Assembly (NCBI GenBank): GCA_016748015.1
Contig: JAAOMT010000129.1
Coordinates: 933,965-997,964, forward strand
DNA length: 64,000 nt
Direction of reading: 5' to 3'
From: Geosiphon pyriformis uo1
Lineage: Eukaryota > Fungi > Glomeromycota
The notes under the pieces are model-generated. The model saw only the letters and a program-made list of their open reading frames with translations. It was not told the origin of the DNA and did not search any database. Positions 35,425-52,899 of the stretch are shown here, piece after piece; within the stretch, counting starts at the first letter, position 1, and each line of letters starts with the position of its first letter. The position numbers and the translations under genes are program-made.

Positions 35425-38400
35425 GTGACTTGGTTTGGAAGATGGCTATGTGTAATGTTCGTGGCATCAACATTCCTGCTAAACAAAAGGATATTGTGCA
35501 CTGGCATTTTAATTCTGGAAATTTGATTTCGATCATCACAGAAACAAAGTTAAGATTTTCAACTAGGCCGTAAATTGCAAATAAATTTGATGGTGTGTGA
35601 ATTTTTTCTTTGGGATTGGATAAGAGTTTTCTTGGTACTGGGGTGGCTATTATTATGGCCAACTTCTTGGCCTGTCATGTCACTAAGATTGAGGAGGTTT
35701 CTGGTTGTGTCGTGGTGGTGCGTCTCTTATTTAAGGATAAGTTTTTAGTGTCTGTTGTTGGTTTGTATGCAGGTGCATCTTCTGGAACTTGTTTTGGTCA
35801 GGCTTCTAAAGTGAACTCTGTCATTGCTAAGGCTGTTAACTTCAGCTGTTTTGTTATTTTGGGTGGGAATTTCAATGAAAATAGATCTGGAAGAAATGTG
35901 AGTTTCAAATTTTGTTTGGGATTGGGTTTGGTCAATTTGTTTACTGGCCACTCTTTGGTCAGTAATTCTACATGAAACAATTCTAGGGGGGTCAAAAAGA
36001 CTATTGATTTCATTTTTGTTAGTAAGAGTTTGGCTTCTGCTGTCACTGGCCATAGGGTCGGCTCTGTTTCTGACTTTTTTGACACTGATCATTGTGCAGT
36101 TTCTGTCTCTGTTGGTATGGGTGGCCTTTTGGATAGCCGGTTGAGTAGCTTGTGCAAGCAGGCTAACAAGAATCACTGGAAGTTTCTTATTAAGACTGCT
36201 AATGAGACCAAATGGTCTTGGTTTAGGGACTGCACTTCTGCTAAGCTTTTGGCTGTATCTGGTGAGTTTTTGGAAACTCTGGCTCATGCTGATGTAAATG
36301 GCATGTGGGTACATTTGGAAAAGGTGTTGGTGGATTCAGCAGATGAGATATTTTCGAGACATTGGTTTAGTAAGTTTCAGTGTTCCAGGAACAAATTTTT
36401 TTTTAAGTTTTTCAGATTAGAACTGTTAGTTGCTAAAGTTGTTAAAGAACTGGAATTGGGCAATTTGCGAAAAGTTAATCAGCTTATCAATGTCTGGGCC
36501 AAACTGGATGGTAGTAAGGCTGCTGTGATTGCTAATATGATCCAGGTTGGTGGCAAGTTTTTGGATGTTTTAAAGCAATTGTTATTATTTCAGAAGGAAT
36601 ACAGAAAATCCAAGATGTACAAGTCAAAGTTGGCTGAAGAAGCTTCTGTTTGGAAGGCCATTGAGTGCCGTATAGAAAAATTTTGTTCTGATAAGGGTGC
36701 AATGATTAGAAATGTGTTGGATTGGTCTTTCTACAAGGTAGTTTTCAATCATTTGGTTGTCAATGATGAATTGGTGTTGGAGCCAGGTATGGTGAAACTT
36801 GGTGTTAATGAGATCATAGAAGGCTGGATTAAAAAGAAGACAGTGCCTTCAGTTGTGTCTGACGTCTGGGTTTGTCAGTATGCTCTGTTGGATTATGTAA
36901 GAGATGATGCTTTTTCAAGTGTAATATGCTCAATTGATATGAGTGAGTTGCTTTTGGTGGTTAACAAGTTACCTAATGGCAAGACTGCTGGTCTGTCTGG
37001 TATTTTTAATGAGTTGTGAAAGCACTGTGATGACATGGTGTTGAAGTGTCTGTTGGGTTTGCTGAATTTATGTTTGACTGTAGGGGATGTACCTGTTTTG
37101 TGGAAAAGAGCTTGGGTTTTTATGATTCCTAAACCTTATGACTGGGATGGAATTCTTACAAACACTTAACCCATTGCTCTTATCGAAACAGCCAAGAAAA
37201 TTCTCTCCAAGATTTTGTCAGATCATATTTCTTTGGCATGCAGCAAGTTTGGTGTTCTTTGAGATGATAATTTCTCAGTGCTTAAGGGTACTTCTACACA
37301 ATCTTTGGTGTTTGCAGTTGGGTCTGTGATTAAAGATGCCCTTGAAAAAAACAGGGAGGTTTGGTTGGTCTTGCAGGATATGTGCAAAGCATACAACTTG
37401 GTTGGATGGCACCACTTAAGGGCAAGCTTGTGGCATATCAAAATATGTAAGAGATTTGTGTTATTTTTTGGTAGCATTCATGAAAATAGAGTTAACAGAG
37501 TAATGACAGACTTTGGGCTTTCAAATAGTTATGTGGTGTATAATGGGTTGGATCAAGGTGAGGTCTTCTTGCCCCTCTTGTGGAGAATTTTTTATGACCC
37601 ACTTCTGTGTAAGGTTAAAAGGCATGAACAGTTTTTTAGATACCGAATAGATTTCAGGTTTGTTTCGAGGTCAGGCTGTATTGAGAGTGGCAGTGGGTTC
37701 TCTTCTTATTTTGTGGCTGGTGTTTTTTTTGATGATACAATATGGATTGGAAACTGTCAAACTGCTACTCAGAATATTTTGGACATTGCAAGTGGGTTTT
37801 TTGTCCTTAATGACATTTCTATCAACAATGAAAAGACTGTGGCCATTCTGATCAATCAGGATATTAGGGTTGCTTCTTTGTGTATTAGTGGTCTTCCCAT
37901 CTCAATTGCTAAAAAAGAAGAGGCTTATTGTTATTTGGGGATCTTTCTATCTACTGATGGGCTTTCAAAGCCAAGTCTGGCTAAGGCACATTCTGATGTT
38001 CGTTTTTTTACTAATGTGGTTTTTAGAAAGACTATTACTAATAAGCAGTTCTCATATTTGGTGTTGGCCGTTTTACAGCCTATTGTTAGCTATCGCACTC
38101 AATTCAGTTTTGTTTTGTTATCTGTATACTACAAATGGGATGTGATGTTGAGAAAAAGTCTTAAGTCCAAAGCTGGTTTGCTTTGTGATTTCTCCACTGA
38201 GGCTTTATGTTATCCCTCTTTGTATGGCCTAAAATCTTTTGAGCAGGTGCAGTCTGAAAGAAAGTTGGCCGCCTTAATCTCAATTTCCAATTCTTTTGGT
38301 GTTCTTGGACATTTGTTTAATTATAGGTTTCTTGATTTGCAGGTTCTGGGGTGGTCTCCTCTGAACTCTTTACAGTTTCCTGTTAAATTGTGTGTTAGTC

Positions 38401-40112
38401 CTGTGAATAATTTTCTGGCTGGTGTGGTTAAGATTTTTCTGTATAACAAGCTGTCTCTGGCTAATAATTTACCCAATGTATTCCGTAGTCCTGGTTACTT
38501 TTCTGTGTCTTCCATTCTGGGGGGTTCTCTATTTTTTGATTCTGTTCATTTATTGAAGCAGTTTGGTGTGGCTTTTGGTGATAGACTGTTTAACAAAAAA
38601 GATTGTGTTATGAGTTGGGAGACTTTTCAGTACTGGAAAAGGCTGGATTCAAGAGGTCCTGCTTCTCACTGGTTTAAGGTGGTGTCTGAGTTTCTTTGTG
38701 ATAGGAGTGCTTTTATGGCTGTCTCTGTAGAGTCTGCTTGTTCTTTTAGTTTGAGCATGTTGGATACCAAGGAGTTTTCTGTTGTTCAGAATGGGTTGCA
38801 TGAGATTTGGTCTGGTTCTTTTGAGGTTTTTATGGGTGGTTTTGTTAGGAATTATGGTCATGCTGATGTAGCCAGTGGAGCAGCTGCTTATTTTCCTACA
38901 ATTGATTTGAGTGTTGGCATTAAGATTCTTGGGCTGTTGTTTTCTACTATGGCCGAACTGCAGGCCATTGCTTTGGCTTTGGAGTGCATTCCTTTTTCTT
39001 GTTCTGTTGTATTGCATTTTGATAGCCAGATGGCTATTAATGCATGCATTTCTGAAATGTCATTATCTGTGCCTGATTTTCACTCCTCGTGTTGGTTGGA
39101 GAGGTGCCAGATTTTTAATTTGGTTTGTGACAAGAATCTTTCTGTTCATTGGGTCAAGGTTAAGGGACATTTTGGAGTTTATGGCAATATTAGGGTGGAT
39201 GCTGCTGCTGGGGATGCTGCTTTCTCTCAATTTTCTTTGCCTGTTGGTGTCAGTGAGCATTTTTTGGTTGCTGAGAACATACTTGTGTTTGGCAACACTT
39301 GTTATTTTGTTCAGGATTTGTTTAGATCCATTTGTTGTGCTCAGTGGGAGATGGGCCCTGGTCAAGACGTGATTCTTACCATGTTAACTGAAACTGTTGA
39401 TTGAAAAGCTACTATTAGGGTGTGACATCCTAATTCGCATATGCTTGCTGGTTTTACTAGTCGGAGGTCTTCCTATCTTCGCACCTATTTGATGAAGGCT
39501 GTGCACCATCAGATGTCTGTGGTGGTGAGGAAATGGCTGTATGATAAATGTTACCCTGGTGTGCTGTGTTTGCTGTATTATGAGGTGGAGTTGTTGGATC
39601 ATGTTTTCACATGTTCCCATGATGTAAAGATTCAGAGGGAGATTTTGGCTGCTGCTTCTGCTGACTGAGTGTCCTTTGCTGGATTTTGTAGCTTGTTGTC
39701 TTCTGCTGTTTTGCGGTCTCTTGATTGGTGTTTTTTGGACGTTGACTTGTATTTTGTTCTGTGTAAGGAGTTTGTGCTAAGGGATTGGTGTGTGGAGGCT
39801 ATGGAGGTTCTCGATAGTAAAAAGGAGACTATTAGTATTGTAGTTGGTTTTGTTGGGTATTTTGTTAAGTTGCATTGCTCAAAAGCCTGGTTGGTAAAGT
39901 CTCCATACAGGGTGAAAATAGAGGCAGCAGGTTTGGTTGGTGATAACACATTGATTTCTGGTTTGTTTCATTGCATAAACTCTTTGTTGTCTAGTAAAGT
40001 AGTAAGGATTCTTGGTGTTATTAACTTTTTTGCTATTAGTTTTGGTCGTCATAGGTCTTGTCTCTTTTTTTCTGGTTTGGATGGTAGTCTGTGTGTTCTT
40101 TTAGGTATATAA
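35421..40112 (+). pseudogene. LINE C ORF2 (APE, RT, RNase H, zinc finger)
   Basis: CNVRG, TETKL, GGNFN, IDFIFVS, TDH; LQDM.KAY, GLDQG, FFDDT; AELQAI, WVKVKGH; stop at 40112. Confidence 0.92.
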
Positions 40113-41250
40113 TGTTGCCTTGTCTGGCCCGAGTGGCTAGCCACATATAGAAAGTGCATGAGCTGCATTTAGTTTAAGTCTCTTAATTTGGCTTTATATA
40201 CTAGATAGCAGTTGGACTTTATTTATTAATCATATTAATAAAAAAAAAATTAAATAATAATTAATTATATAAGTTTTTTTACCAATAAATTTTAAAAAAT
40301 CTTACAAATTGTATATTATTATGCTTATTAGTAAAATATATAATAAGATTTTATATATATTTTTAATATTTTACAATAATTTATTAATATTAATTTTAGG
40401 TATTTTTTTTAATAAAAACAAATTATTTAAAAATCAATAAATTAACTTGTTTTTAATTATTAAACTTTATCAAATTTTTTTAATATAATTTTATTAATTA
40501 TATTTTAATTAACTTAATTATTTTAAATTTAGTAAATATATTACATATAGCCTATTAATATTTTTATTAAGATTTTTTTGATTATTATTATCTAATTTAT
40601 ATAATTGTTTATTAAATATTTAAAATTAATATTTATTTCTAATTTGTTATATTTAATTAGATCTGCAATTTGTATTATACTAAAATTAAATATAAAAGTT
40701 ATATTAATAATTTTATTAAATTTTGAAGAAATAAATGTTTTTTAAAACTATTTATATTTAAAAATAAATTTTTAATTAATTTTAATTTGTTTTAAGATAA
40801 TTTGTTATTAATAATCAAAAAATTTATATTTAAAACAAAAGATTTTTTTACAAAAATATCTATTTTAATATTAAAAAAAGATAAAAAAAGATAAAATTTT
40901 TATTTTTATTTATATTAAAATTTAAAAATCCAAGAAAAATTTTTTTTATTATATTAATATTGATTTTTTTTGCTTTAAAAATGTTTAATATAAACTTAAA
41001 AAACTATTATTATTATTATTAGTCTTTGTAATTACTATTATTAACCAAAAAAATACTGTTATTTTTATTATTAAATTTATTTTTTATGTTAAAAAACATA
41101 TTAAAATTAAATAAAAATTTGTCCAAAACATATTTTTTTCATTATTTAATTGCTTTATATTTTTAATTTAAACTTTTTTTTTATTAATTAAATTATAAAA
41201 TATTTTTTTGGATATTTTTTTTAGATATATTATTTATTAAAAACAATTAT

Positions 41251-42042
41251 TATTATAAAAATGGTTTTTTAATATATTAATTATTAATATTTTTAATTTA
41301 ACTATAATCAGTTTTTTATGAATTTTTTAATTTTAGTTGTATAATAATATTAATATTATAATAAAATTTTTTTGTTAATATTATAATATAAGTTTTTTTT
41401 AAATCTTAATTATTATTATATATTTATGTATTTTTTTTAAAAAATTAATCTAAAATCTATTTATTGCTATTAAAGTTTTTTTTAAGACTATTTTTGTAAT
41501 TATTTAAAATATGTTTTTAATTTAAAAACATAAAATATTAATAGTTTATAAATATTTTTTTTAATTTTAACAATAATATTAATAATTTTAATTAAAAATT
41601 ATTTTTTCAAAGAATTTAGTTAATAAATAACAGTTTTATTTAATAAATAATACAAGTAAATTTTTTAATACTTTTACTATAATAATTTTATTTTTAATTT
41701 TATTTTTAATTTTTTTTTAAAAATAAATGTTAAAAAAATAATTAATGTAAATAATTAAAATAAAACTAAAAAATCAGAAAATTTTTTTTTTAATATTAAA
41801 TCTATTATATATATATGTTTATAATTTTATAAGAAAACATATTATAATATTTTATTTTTAATATTTTAACATAGTATTTATTATTATTATTATTATATTA
41901 TAATATTTGTTTTTATAATAAAATAATAATTATTGCTAATATTATCTGATAATTACAATTATATTAATTAATATTTTTTTAAAATTATTATTGTATTATA
42001 TTATGATTAAATAATTTATACTAAATTTTTAAAATCATAATA
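41251..42042 (-). repeat. Heavily eroded solo LTR of the copy 1 family
   Basis: Reverse complement is colinear with the copy 1 LTR at both ends: TATTATGATTTTAAAAATTTAG vs TGTTATGGTTTAAGAATTTAG, TATTATAATATGTTTTCTTATA vs 8177-8200, and 41251-41370 vs 9090-9203. No PPT or PBS flanks. Confidence 0.75.
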
Positions 42043-43225
42043 TTATTAGTTTATTATAAAAAGATTTTTTTCTTGAAAAATTATAAAAAAAATTATTTTT
42101 TGTATAATTACAATTAAATTATTATTATTAAAAATAGTTTTATTTGTATTAAATTTAATATTAAAAGTTTAAATTTTTTAAAACATTATTATTTTTGCAA
42201 AACTTTATTTATTTATATAAAAATTTGAATTTATATTAAATATATTATTATTATTATTTATATTATATTTTATCTTAAAATTTATTTAAATTGTTAATTA
42301 ATTTTATAATCAAAAAAATCAATAAATCAATAAATTTAATAATAACTCTAATTAACAAAGTCAATTTAATCAATTTAAATCTTAAAAAATTAACTTAAAA
42401 TTAATTACAAAATTAAAAATTATAACAATAATAACAAAAACCAAAAAAATAATAATCTTAAAATAAAATTTTGTATTAATAAAGTAAAACTTAAAAATCT
42501 TAAAACCAATTACAGACTTAAACAAAAATTTTAAAAAATAAAATAAAAACATTTTGTAATTAGAGACCAAATAATTTAGATTTTAACACTTAAAACACTG
42601 TTATTAAAAAAAAAAAGCTTTAATTTTTATCTAATCAGTTTAATTTTTAAAATGAAATAATTCTTAAAATTAATAAAATAATAAAATTACATGCAAAAAC
42701 ATAATTTGTTTTGTTTCTAAAACTAATAATAATTAACCAAAATATATTAATATGTTTTTATAATTATTGTTTAAAACAAAAGAAAAATCTTTCAATACTT
42801 TAAAAAAGTTGTTATTAGTTATAACAAAAATTTAAAGAATTTGCTTTTTGGATTCTTTAACCATTTAAGCAACAATAAAAAATAAAACAAAAGGAAAAAA
42901 TAACTTGGTTATTAGCTTCTTATTAAACACTTTAGAACTTTTGAATAAAGCAAAGATCAACTAGAACTGTTTCAGATAAATTTCTTTAAAAAAAAAGACT
43001 CCCAACCAAAAATAAAAATGGAGTTCTAAAACCAACAAAAAACTGGTCTAAAACTATTTTACTTAATAGAAGTGCTTCCACAAAGCACTGTTAAGCAGCC
43101 TCAACAGCTGCAAATGCTTCACTGGTAAAAATGCTACCAGCTGCTTCAAGAAATAAAGAAGTTGCAACTTTTTTACTCTTTGCACTAAGTGTGGTCTTGT
43201 TAAAAATACGAAAGAGAAAGAGCTT
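42043..43225 (-). mobile_element. Probable 5' end/ORF1 relic of another LINE family, progressively eroded leftward
   Basis: Minus strand starts with pyrimidine-rich CTCTTTTCTCTTT like LINE B/C, is T/G-rich, and gives a stop-ridden frame (..EAFAAVEAA*QCFVEALLL..SKVFNKK..). Confidence 0.45.
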
Positions 43226-43753
43226 TATATTATTCTTGTTAAAAAAGACTCAAAAATAATTTATTGAAATCCTAGTTTTAACATTAACTTCAAATGTCAA
43301 ATGTCAAAATGGCGAAATGTTAAATATTAATATTTGATTTTTTATTTGCGTTTATTAAATATATATATTATTGCTTTAAAATGATGGATTTCTTTTTTGT
43401 TTAATTTATGTTGTGGCAACTATTAAGTCGTGAATCTTTTCCAAAATTAGTGAATTTGCACAACTGAATCAACAAAGACATTAGGTGTCCTTTACTGTAT
43501 ATGCCACTGAACTGGTGTTAATTAATACTCAAAGCAGTCCTTGCTAAATTTATTTTGCAACTAGAAGTTCGGTATAATTTATCATCTTTAGTTTCGTTTA
43601 GTTTTATTCATACCTTTCTTTCAATCGGATTTCTATCTATTCACCTAATTTTTCCCAAGATCCACTATAAATTGTTATTAATATTCGAGCTTTCTCTTTT
43701 ATTTTGAGAAATTCTTGTTTAAAAAACAAACCTTAAAACTATTAACTCATAAA

Positions 43754-46700
43754 ATGTCCAAAGTTCAGGAGGAAGAACTGGCAGCTGCGTTCGTGAACTG
43801 GGTATGTCTGAGTTTTACGAAAAAGTCGTCTTTTCAAAAGAAGGATCATGGAGAATTGAAATTCTTCAAGTTTTTGACCATTAATTTGACCACTCAAAAC
43901 GTTTCACTTATTGATTCACCGTTAACAACTTGATTAGGTCAAGACCTTTGATGGACTTTCTTGGTCAGTTAATGACTATAACGACCTTAGTGATGGAGCG
44001 GTGCTGTTTGAGATTGTAAATGACATGTGAGTTTGGCGAAACTGTGTCAAAGATTTTGATTGGAACAGCTTTGGTAGAAATCATCGCCATCAAGCTCCCT
44101 AAATCCCTTTGGGGCGTCACATTTTGATTTTTCAAAGTGATCCTAAGTGGTTCAAGACCCTTCGTGCGGAGACAAGGGAAGACAATTGGGTCCTCAAATT
44201 GACTAAGCTAAAAAAATTGTACACTCTTATCCAACGATATTATGAGGAGGTTACCGGTTACTCCACCAAAAATATTGATGCACCGAATCTAAACCTGATT
44301 GCTAAAGAATCCGATGTCAAAGAAACCATGAAATTGTGTTCTTTGATAGTTACCTTAGCAGTACAGAGCCCAAATAGGGCAGCTTATATCGAGAAAATAC
44401 AGTTATTGACAGCTGAATCGCAAAAAGGTCTGATGGTGGCAATTGAACGGGTATTGAAATTTTTAAAGTTTTTAACCCTGGATAATTATCCTTCAAAATT
44501 ATTTTTTCAATCAAATTTTTGTGTTCTTTGCAGGTAATGCAAAAATTGGAAGCCAATACACAGGAACAACTGACCAAACAACCAACCTCTTCCTCGTAAG
44601 TAGCTCTGATTCAAAATTTTGATTCAGACTTTTCAATATTAAAAACTCTTGATGATCGACAGCGAGCAAGAATTTTTAAAAGCGACCAAAGATCATGCGA
44701 GTATCATAGGTGAAAGAGATGCTCTCAAAAAATCACATCAGGCTCTGATGGAAGAACATCGCCAATTGCGTTATAAATTTGTAAGCAATTTTTAAGTGCC
44801 AAAGATTTTTGTGAAATTGGTGATGTTTTGAACTAAAATGTTTCGTCTGATATTCAAGGATCTCATTGAAGACGATAGAGAAGATTTAAAACAGAGGTTG
44901 AAAGATCTAGAGATGACAATGTCCCAATCGAGTCAAAGCGGCGGTAGAAATGAACTTATATTAAAAACGGAAATTGATGCTCTTCGGCAAGAACTGCAAG
45001 TATTTTTCTCGAAATAAAATTATCAAAGTACTATACAATATAGTATATATATATATATATACATCTATCTATCCATCTATATATCATAACAATTATCTAT
45101 CAAATATAGATTACGAAGTGAGAACAAACGTCACGAAACCGAGACAATGCTGGAGAGCTCAAGTTCCTTGATCACAGATCTCACTCGAAGGGTTAGTTTT
45201 CAAAAAAAACTCCCAATAATTTACTCATTATTCTGAAAATTTTTATGTACATTTGATTAGGTTGAAGACTTGACGGATAAAGCCGATGAAGCTTCTCGTC
45301 TCAAAGATCAACTTGACGAGTATCGTCACGCTGCTGACAAACTTAAAAAAACGGAAAACGTGATAGATAAATACAAAAAGAAATTGGAGGAGAGTGCTGA
45401 TCTCAGAAGGTCATTAAAGGTTAGCTTTGTTAATAATAAACAAATCATGTACAAATGTATATGCTTTTTACAGGCATCATCTTTTATTAATTGGCGAGTC
45501 GCATCTATATCCTTTTCAATTAACGTATACCAGACTTTGGAAGAGGAAAATCGCGAGCTAATCGACCGCAATAAGATGATAGAGGAAGAATATCGTAAAG
45601 CGGCTGTGTTCAAATCTTTAATCGAGCAATACAGGAAAAAAATCGACGACCTCGAGACTAACAACAGAGAGCTTATCGATCTCAGGAATAAATATGAGTA
45701 TGAATACAGGCATATGAGGGGAAAGATTGATGCATACGAAATGGAGAAAGCTCGTGATATGGAGAAAATTGAATTGATGGAAGATAGGCTGAAGGAATTA
45801 GAATTGGGTGATGGTAGGTTAATTTTCTCGAGCAGTCAAGATATCATGGTGAAAAACTTGATTTGATCAATATTTAATATTTTCAATGCTCAGGCGAACG
45901 GCTAGGAGATCTTACCCACAAGGATGATCCAGATGATGTTAACTCGCTGGTTGTCGATGAAGAACTTTCAAATGCCTTATCTGGGACAACCATGACTCAA
46001 CTGAAGCTAAGAATCAACGAACTTGAGCGTGAATTAGCCGGTTTCCGTCAAGGAAAACCTGTCGTAGATGAATCTGAAGTTGTTGCTCTGGAACATATGC
46101 TTCGTGACGCCAACAGTGATAAGCTAAGATTAGAAAAGGTCAAAAGCAAAAAGCAAATTTTAACTTGGTCATTTCTAATGATTACTTTTTCTTGAGCCGT
46201 CATCTAACCCTATTCATCCTCCCTTGCAATAGGATTTAATTAATGCCCGGAAAGAAAAATTTGAAATGGAAAGTAAACTTGCTCGTTATGACAGTAGCCT
46301 TTCCAATGGGTTAGTAGTATTTGTTTTTTCGATATATTGGCAATATCGAATAATTTTTGATTAAAGTCTTTTGAACGACGTCGTTTATTTTTATACTACT
46401 TTTTCGTTATGTTTTCCTTTCCAATGACTTGATTATAAGCATGGAACCTTATGATAAAAAAGGAAGCAATTTCAAGGAATTGAACGAGCTAAGACTCAAA
46501 CTCATTGATACTCAGTTTAGCCTTGACCAGGTTCAGGAGAAGGGTGAAGCAAAGTTTGATCGTAAGTTTTTATGAGTTTTTCTTTTCATCATTTTCGTGT
46601 TAAAAAGTGACATCAAAAATCGTAAAGTAAAAGGTTCTACGAAACTGCTCAGAGATTCATTCATTCACATAATCTATCAATCAACATTAAAAGCATATTT

Positions 46701-47439
46701 ACGTTTTCTTTTTTTTTTCTTTAGCCGAGCTAGAAAGCAGGATCGAGAAACTGGAGATGGAGAAGGAACAGTACAAAAAAAATAATCAGTAAGTGATTTT
46801 TCCTCGTATGATTTTAAAAATAACTATCCTGTGATGAATATCAAATCCTTTTTTTGTCATCAAGGGAATTATCTTCCTTCCTGGAAAGCTTAGAAGGAAA
46901 GACCGACGAAGATTTCAAGACGGAAAATATAAAATTAACTCGCCAAAATGCAGACCGTGCCAAAAAAATTGATCAACTCAAAGAACTTATCAAAGCACAA
47001 CATGAAGTGATAGAAACATCTAAAATTGCCGATAGCTCCCTCAAGATGGAAAGAGAATCTCATAAAGAAGATATAAAACGTCTTAAGGTATGACTTTATT
47101 TGACGAACGCCTTAAAATCTCTTTGATAATAAAAGTTTTCTTATAATTTTTAGGGCATGATCGATGAGATGAAGGAAAAGACTTCATTTGAACATAGTCT
47201 AATTACTGCTGCGTGGTACGATATTGGTCGTCGAATTCAACGTGATAATGTTTCTTTTCAAAGAATCACACCAACGGCTTGGCTTGGTCAACAACGGCGA
47301 AATCAAGAAAGTCAGGTTGGCCCTTTTTCATTATTTATTCTTAGAAAATTTAAACGATAAGCAGCATAAGGTATATATTGAGCGTTTTTAATCTCGCCAT
47401 TTATCAATTTTTCATCCCCTTCAGCTTAAACGACGGTGA
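43754..47439 (+). CDS. Hook-family microtubule/dynein cargo adaptor (Hok1/HookA-like), multi-exon
   Basis: Spliced N-terminal Hook domain FVNW|VKTF..DLSDG..I|DPKWF..NWVLKLTKLKKL..PNLNLIA..LAVQS..YIEKIQ; coiled coils LKDQLDEYRHAADKL..YKKKLEE; C-terminal EHSLITAAWYDIG..WLGQQRR; last exon LKRR* ends 47439. Confidence 0.93.
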
Positions 47440-48987
47440 CTAGAGGCGCTTGATCTGCTGGAGATTGTCGCACAAGCCCATTAGAAATGTTTATTCATCT
47501 CCTGTCAACGTTCTTCCCCATCAACAGGAGTAAAATATATTTCGATACCTTGCCGCCGTTTATTTCTTCGGATTTCTTAAGATTCATTTTTCCAAAGTGA
47601 TCACTAATCTGATAATCCCACATTCACGGCTTATTCATTTAAACCAAAAATCAAATTATTTGGAATATTTGGAATCCAAGGGTTTGTTGGTTTATTGATA
47701 TATAGCTAAATTTTTCGAGTTTTTATTTTATTTCGCTTTTTGAGCCTGGATGATACTAAATTTTATGTATATTTATTCGACAAATACCTGTGCAAATAAA
47801 AGCGTTGTGATAATATATGGTTCTTGAAAAATAATTTACCACCTTGATAATCTTGTTAAAAACATGAGTCTAGTACCTCAAATTTGATTTAGAACCCAAA
47901 AAGCGTTTTAGCTGCGGACCATTTAATAAAAGTCTAATCCAATCATATTATAACGGAACCAAGAACAAAAAAAATATAATTAAAAGGGCCCCATAAAAAA
48001 TTACGGTTAGAAGCACCAAATCAAGTTTTATAATGGATTTTTCTTCTAATATTCAAAAATCAATAAAATTATTGTGAATAACTTTGGTAACTTAAAATTT
48101 TAATTAAGTTGTTTATTAATATAATAAAATAAACAGCAAAAATTATTTATTTTAAATTTATAATTAATATATATTATTGAACTTTATTTTGCATTATATA
48201 TACATACGTATATTGTTATTTATTACAAAAAATAATATTTTAAAACAAAATTTATAATTTTAAAAAAAATCATTTTTTAAAGATAATATGTTTAACAATA
48301 ATAAAAAATAATTTTTTTGTATATAAACAAATAACAAAAAAATTCAAAATTAATTAATAGTTTATCTTTACAAACTTTTTTTATTTTTAAAAATAATAAT
48401 TATAAGCACGTATTTACAATAAATTTTCGAATTTCTAAATCAATTTGAAAAACCATGTTTAAGATTTTATATTAACAACTTATTTAACCAGAATTTTACA
48501 AGTGAATACAAATATTCATACAAATCTTGGCCATTATTTTGGCAGGAGGAGGGGTCAAGCCATCATGTTATTTGTATTACCAGGTAAGGTAATGTCACTT
48601 CTAACTGCTAAGTTTCAAACAATCCAATCCAACCCTTGAATACTTATTTTAATTTCTCAAGTCAATTAGTTCATACCCCTTTTGCGTAAGATCCCTTCTT
48701 GCACACTCTTGTAAAGTCCTTTTCGAAGGCCAGCCGAGAATGTCTTAACGTAAAGAACCTTTGGTTTTTTTTTGCCTCATCCTCGAAGTTTTCTCTCTTT
48801 TCAGATCATAGGTACTTTTACCACCGATTCAAACGTGCGACCTGTATATTCTTGATTTTAAACTAAATTTCCTCTAGATTTATTAGAAACAACCTTTCAG
48901 ATAATTGAATTCTTACTTAGCTTCATTTCCTATTTTCCTATTTTCATTTTTGTCAATTATTTTAATAAAACACTATAGAGATAAGCA

Positions 48988-52768
<3,781 letters not shown>

Positions 52769-52899
52769 GGTGTAAAAAAAACAATGAATTAAAGAACAGA
52801 TCTCTAAAAAAGTAACCAGTTTTTTATGTTCTATTTGTAATTTTTCCCATTTAGAGAATAAATGACTATTTCCAAATATATAGGTTGAAAATGAAACAG

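Larger units (their letters stand above)
33460..40249 (+). mobile_element. LINE copy C, full-length APE-RT-RNase H non-LTR retrotransposon (degenerate)
   Basis: Same organisation as copy B; poly(A) ~40237-40249; weak candidate TSD AATTAAATAATAA at 33447-33459 and 40248-40260. Confidence 0.93.

Noticed and set aside
1085-40112. Alternative genetic code or stop readthrough explaining the many in-frame TAA/TGA
   Set aside because: Host genes use the standard code without internal stops; the TE stops mostly differ between copies and are all reachable by C->T/G->A.
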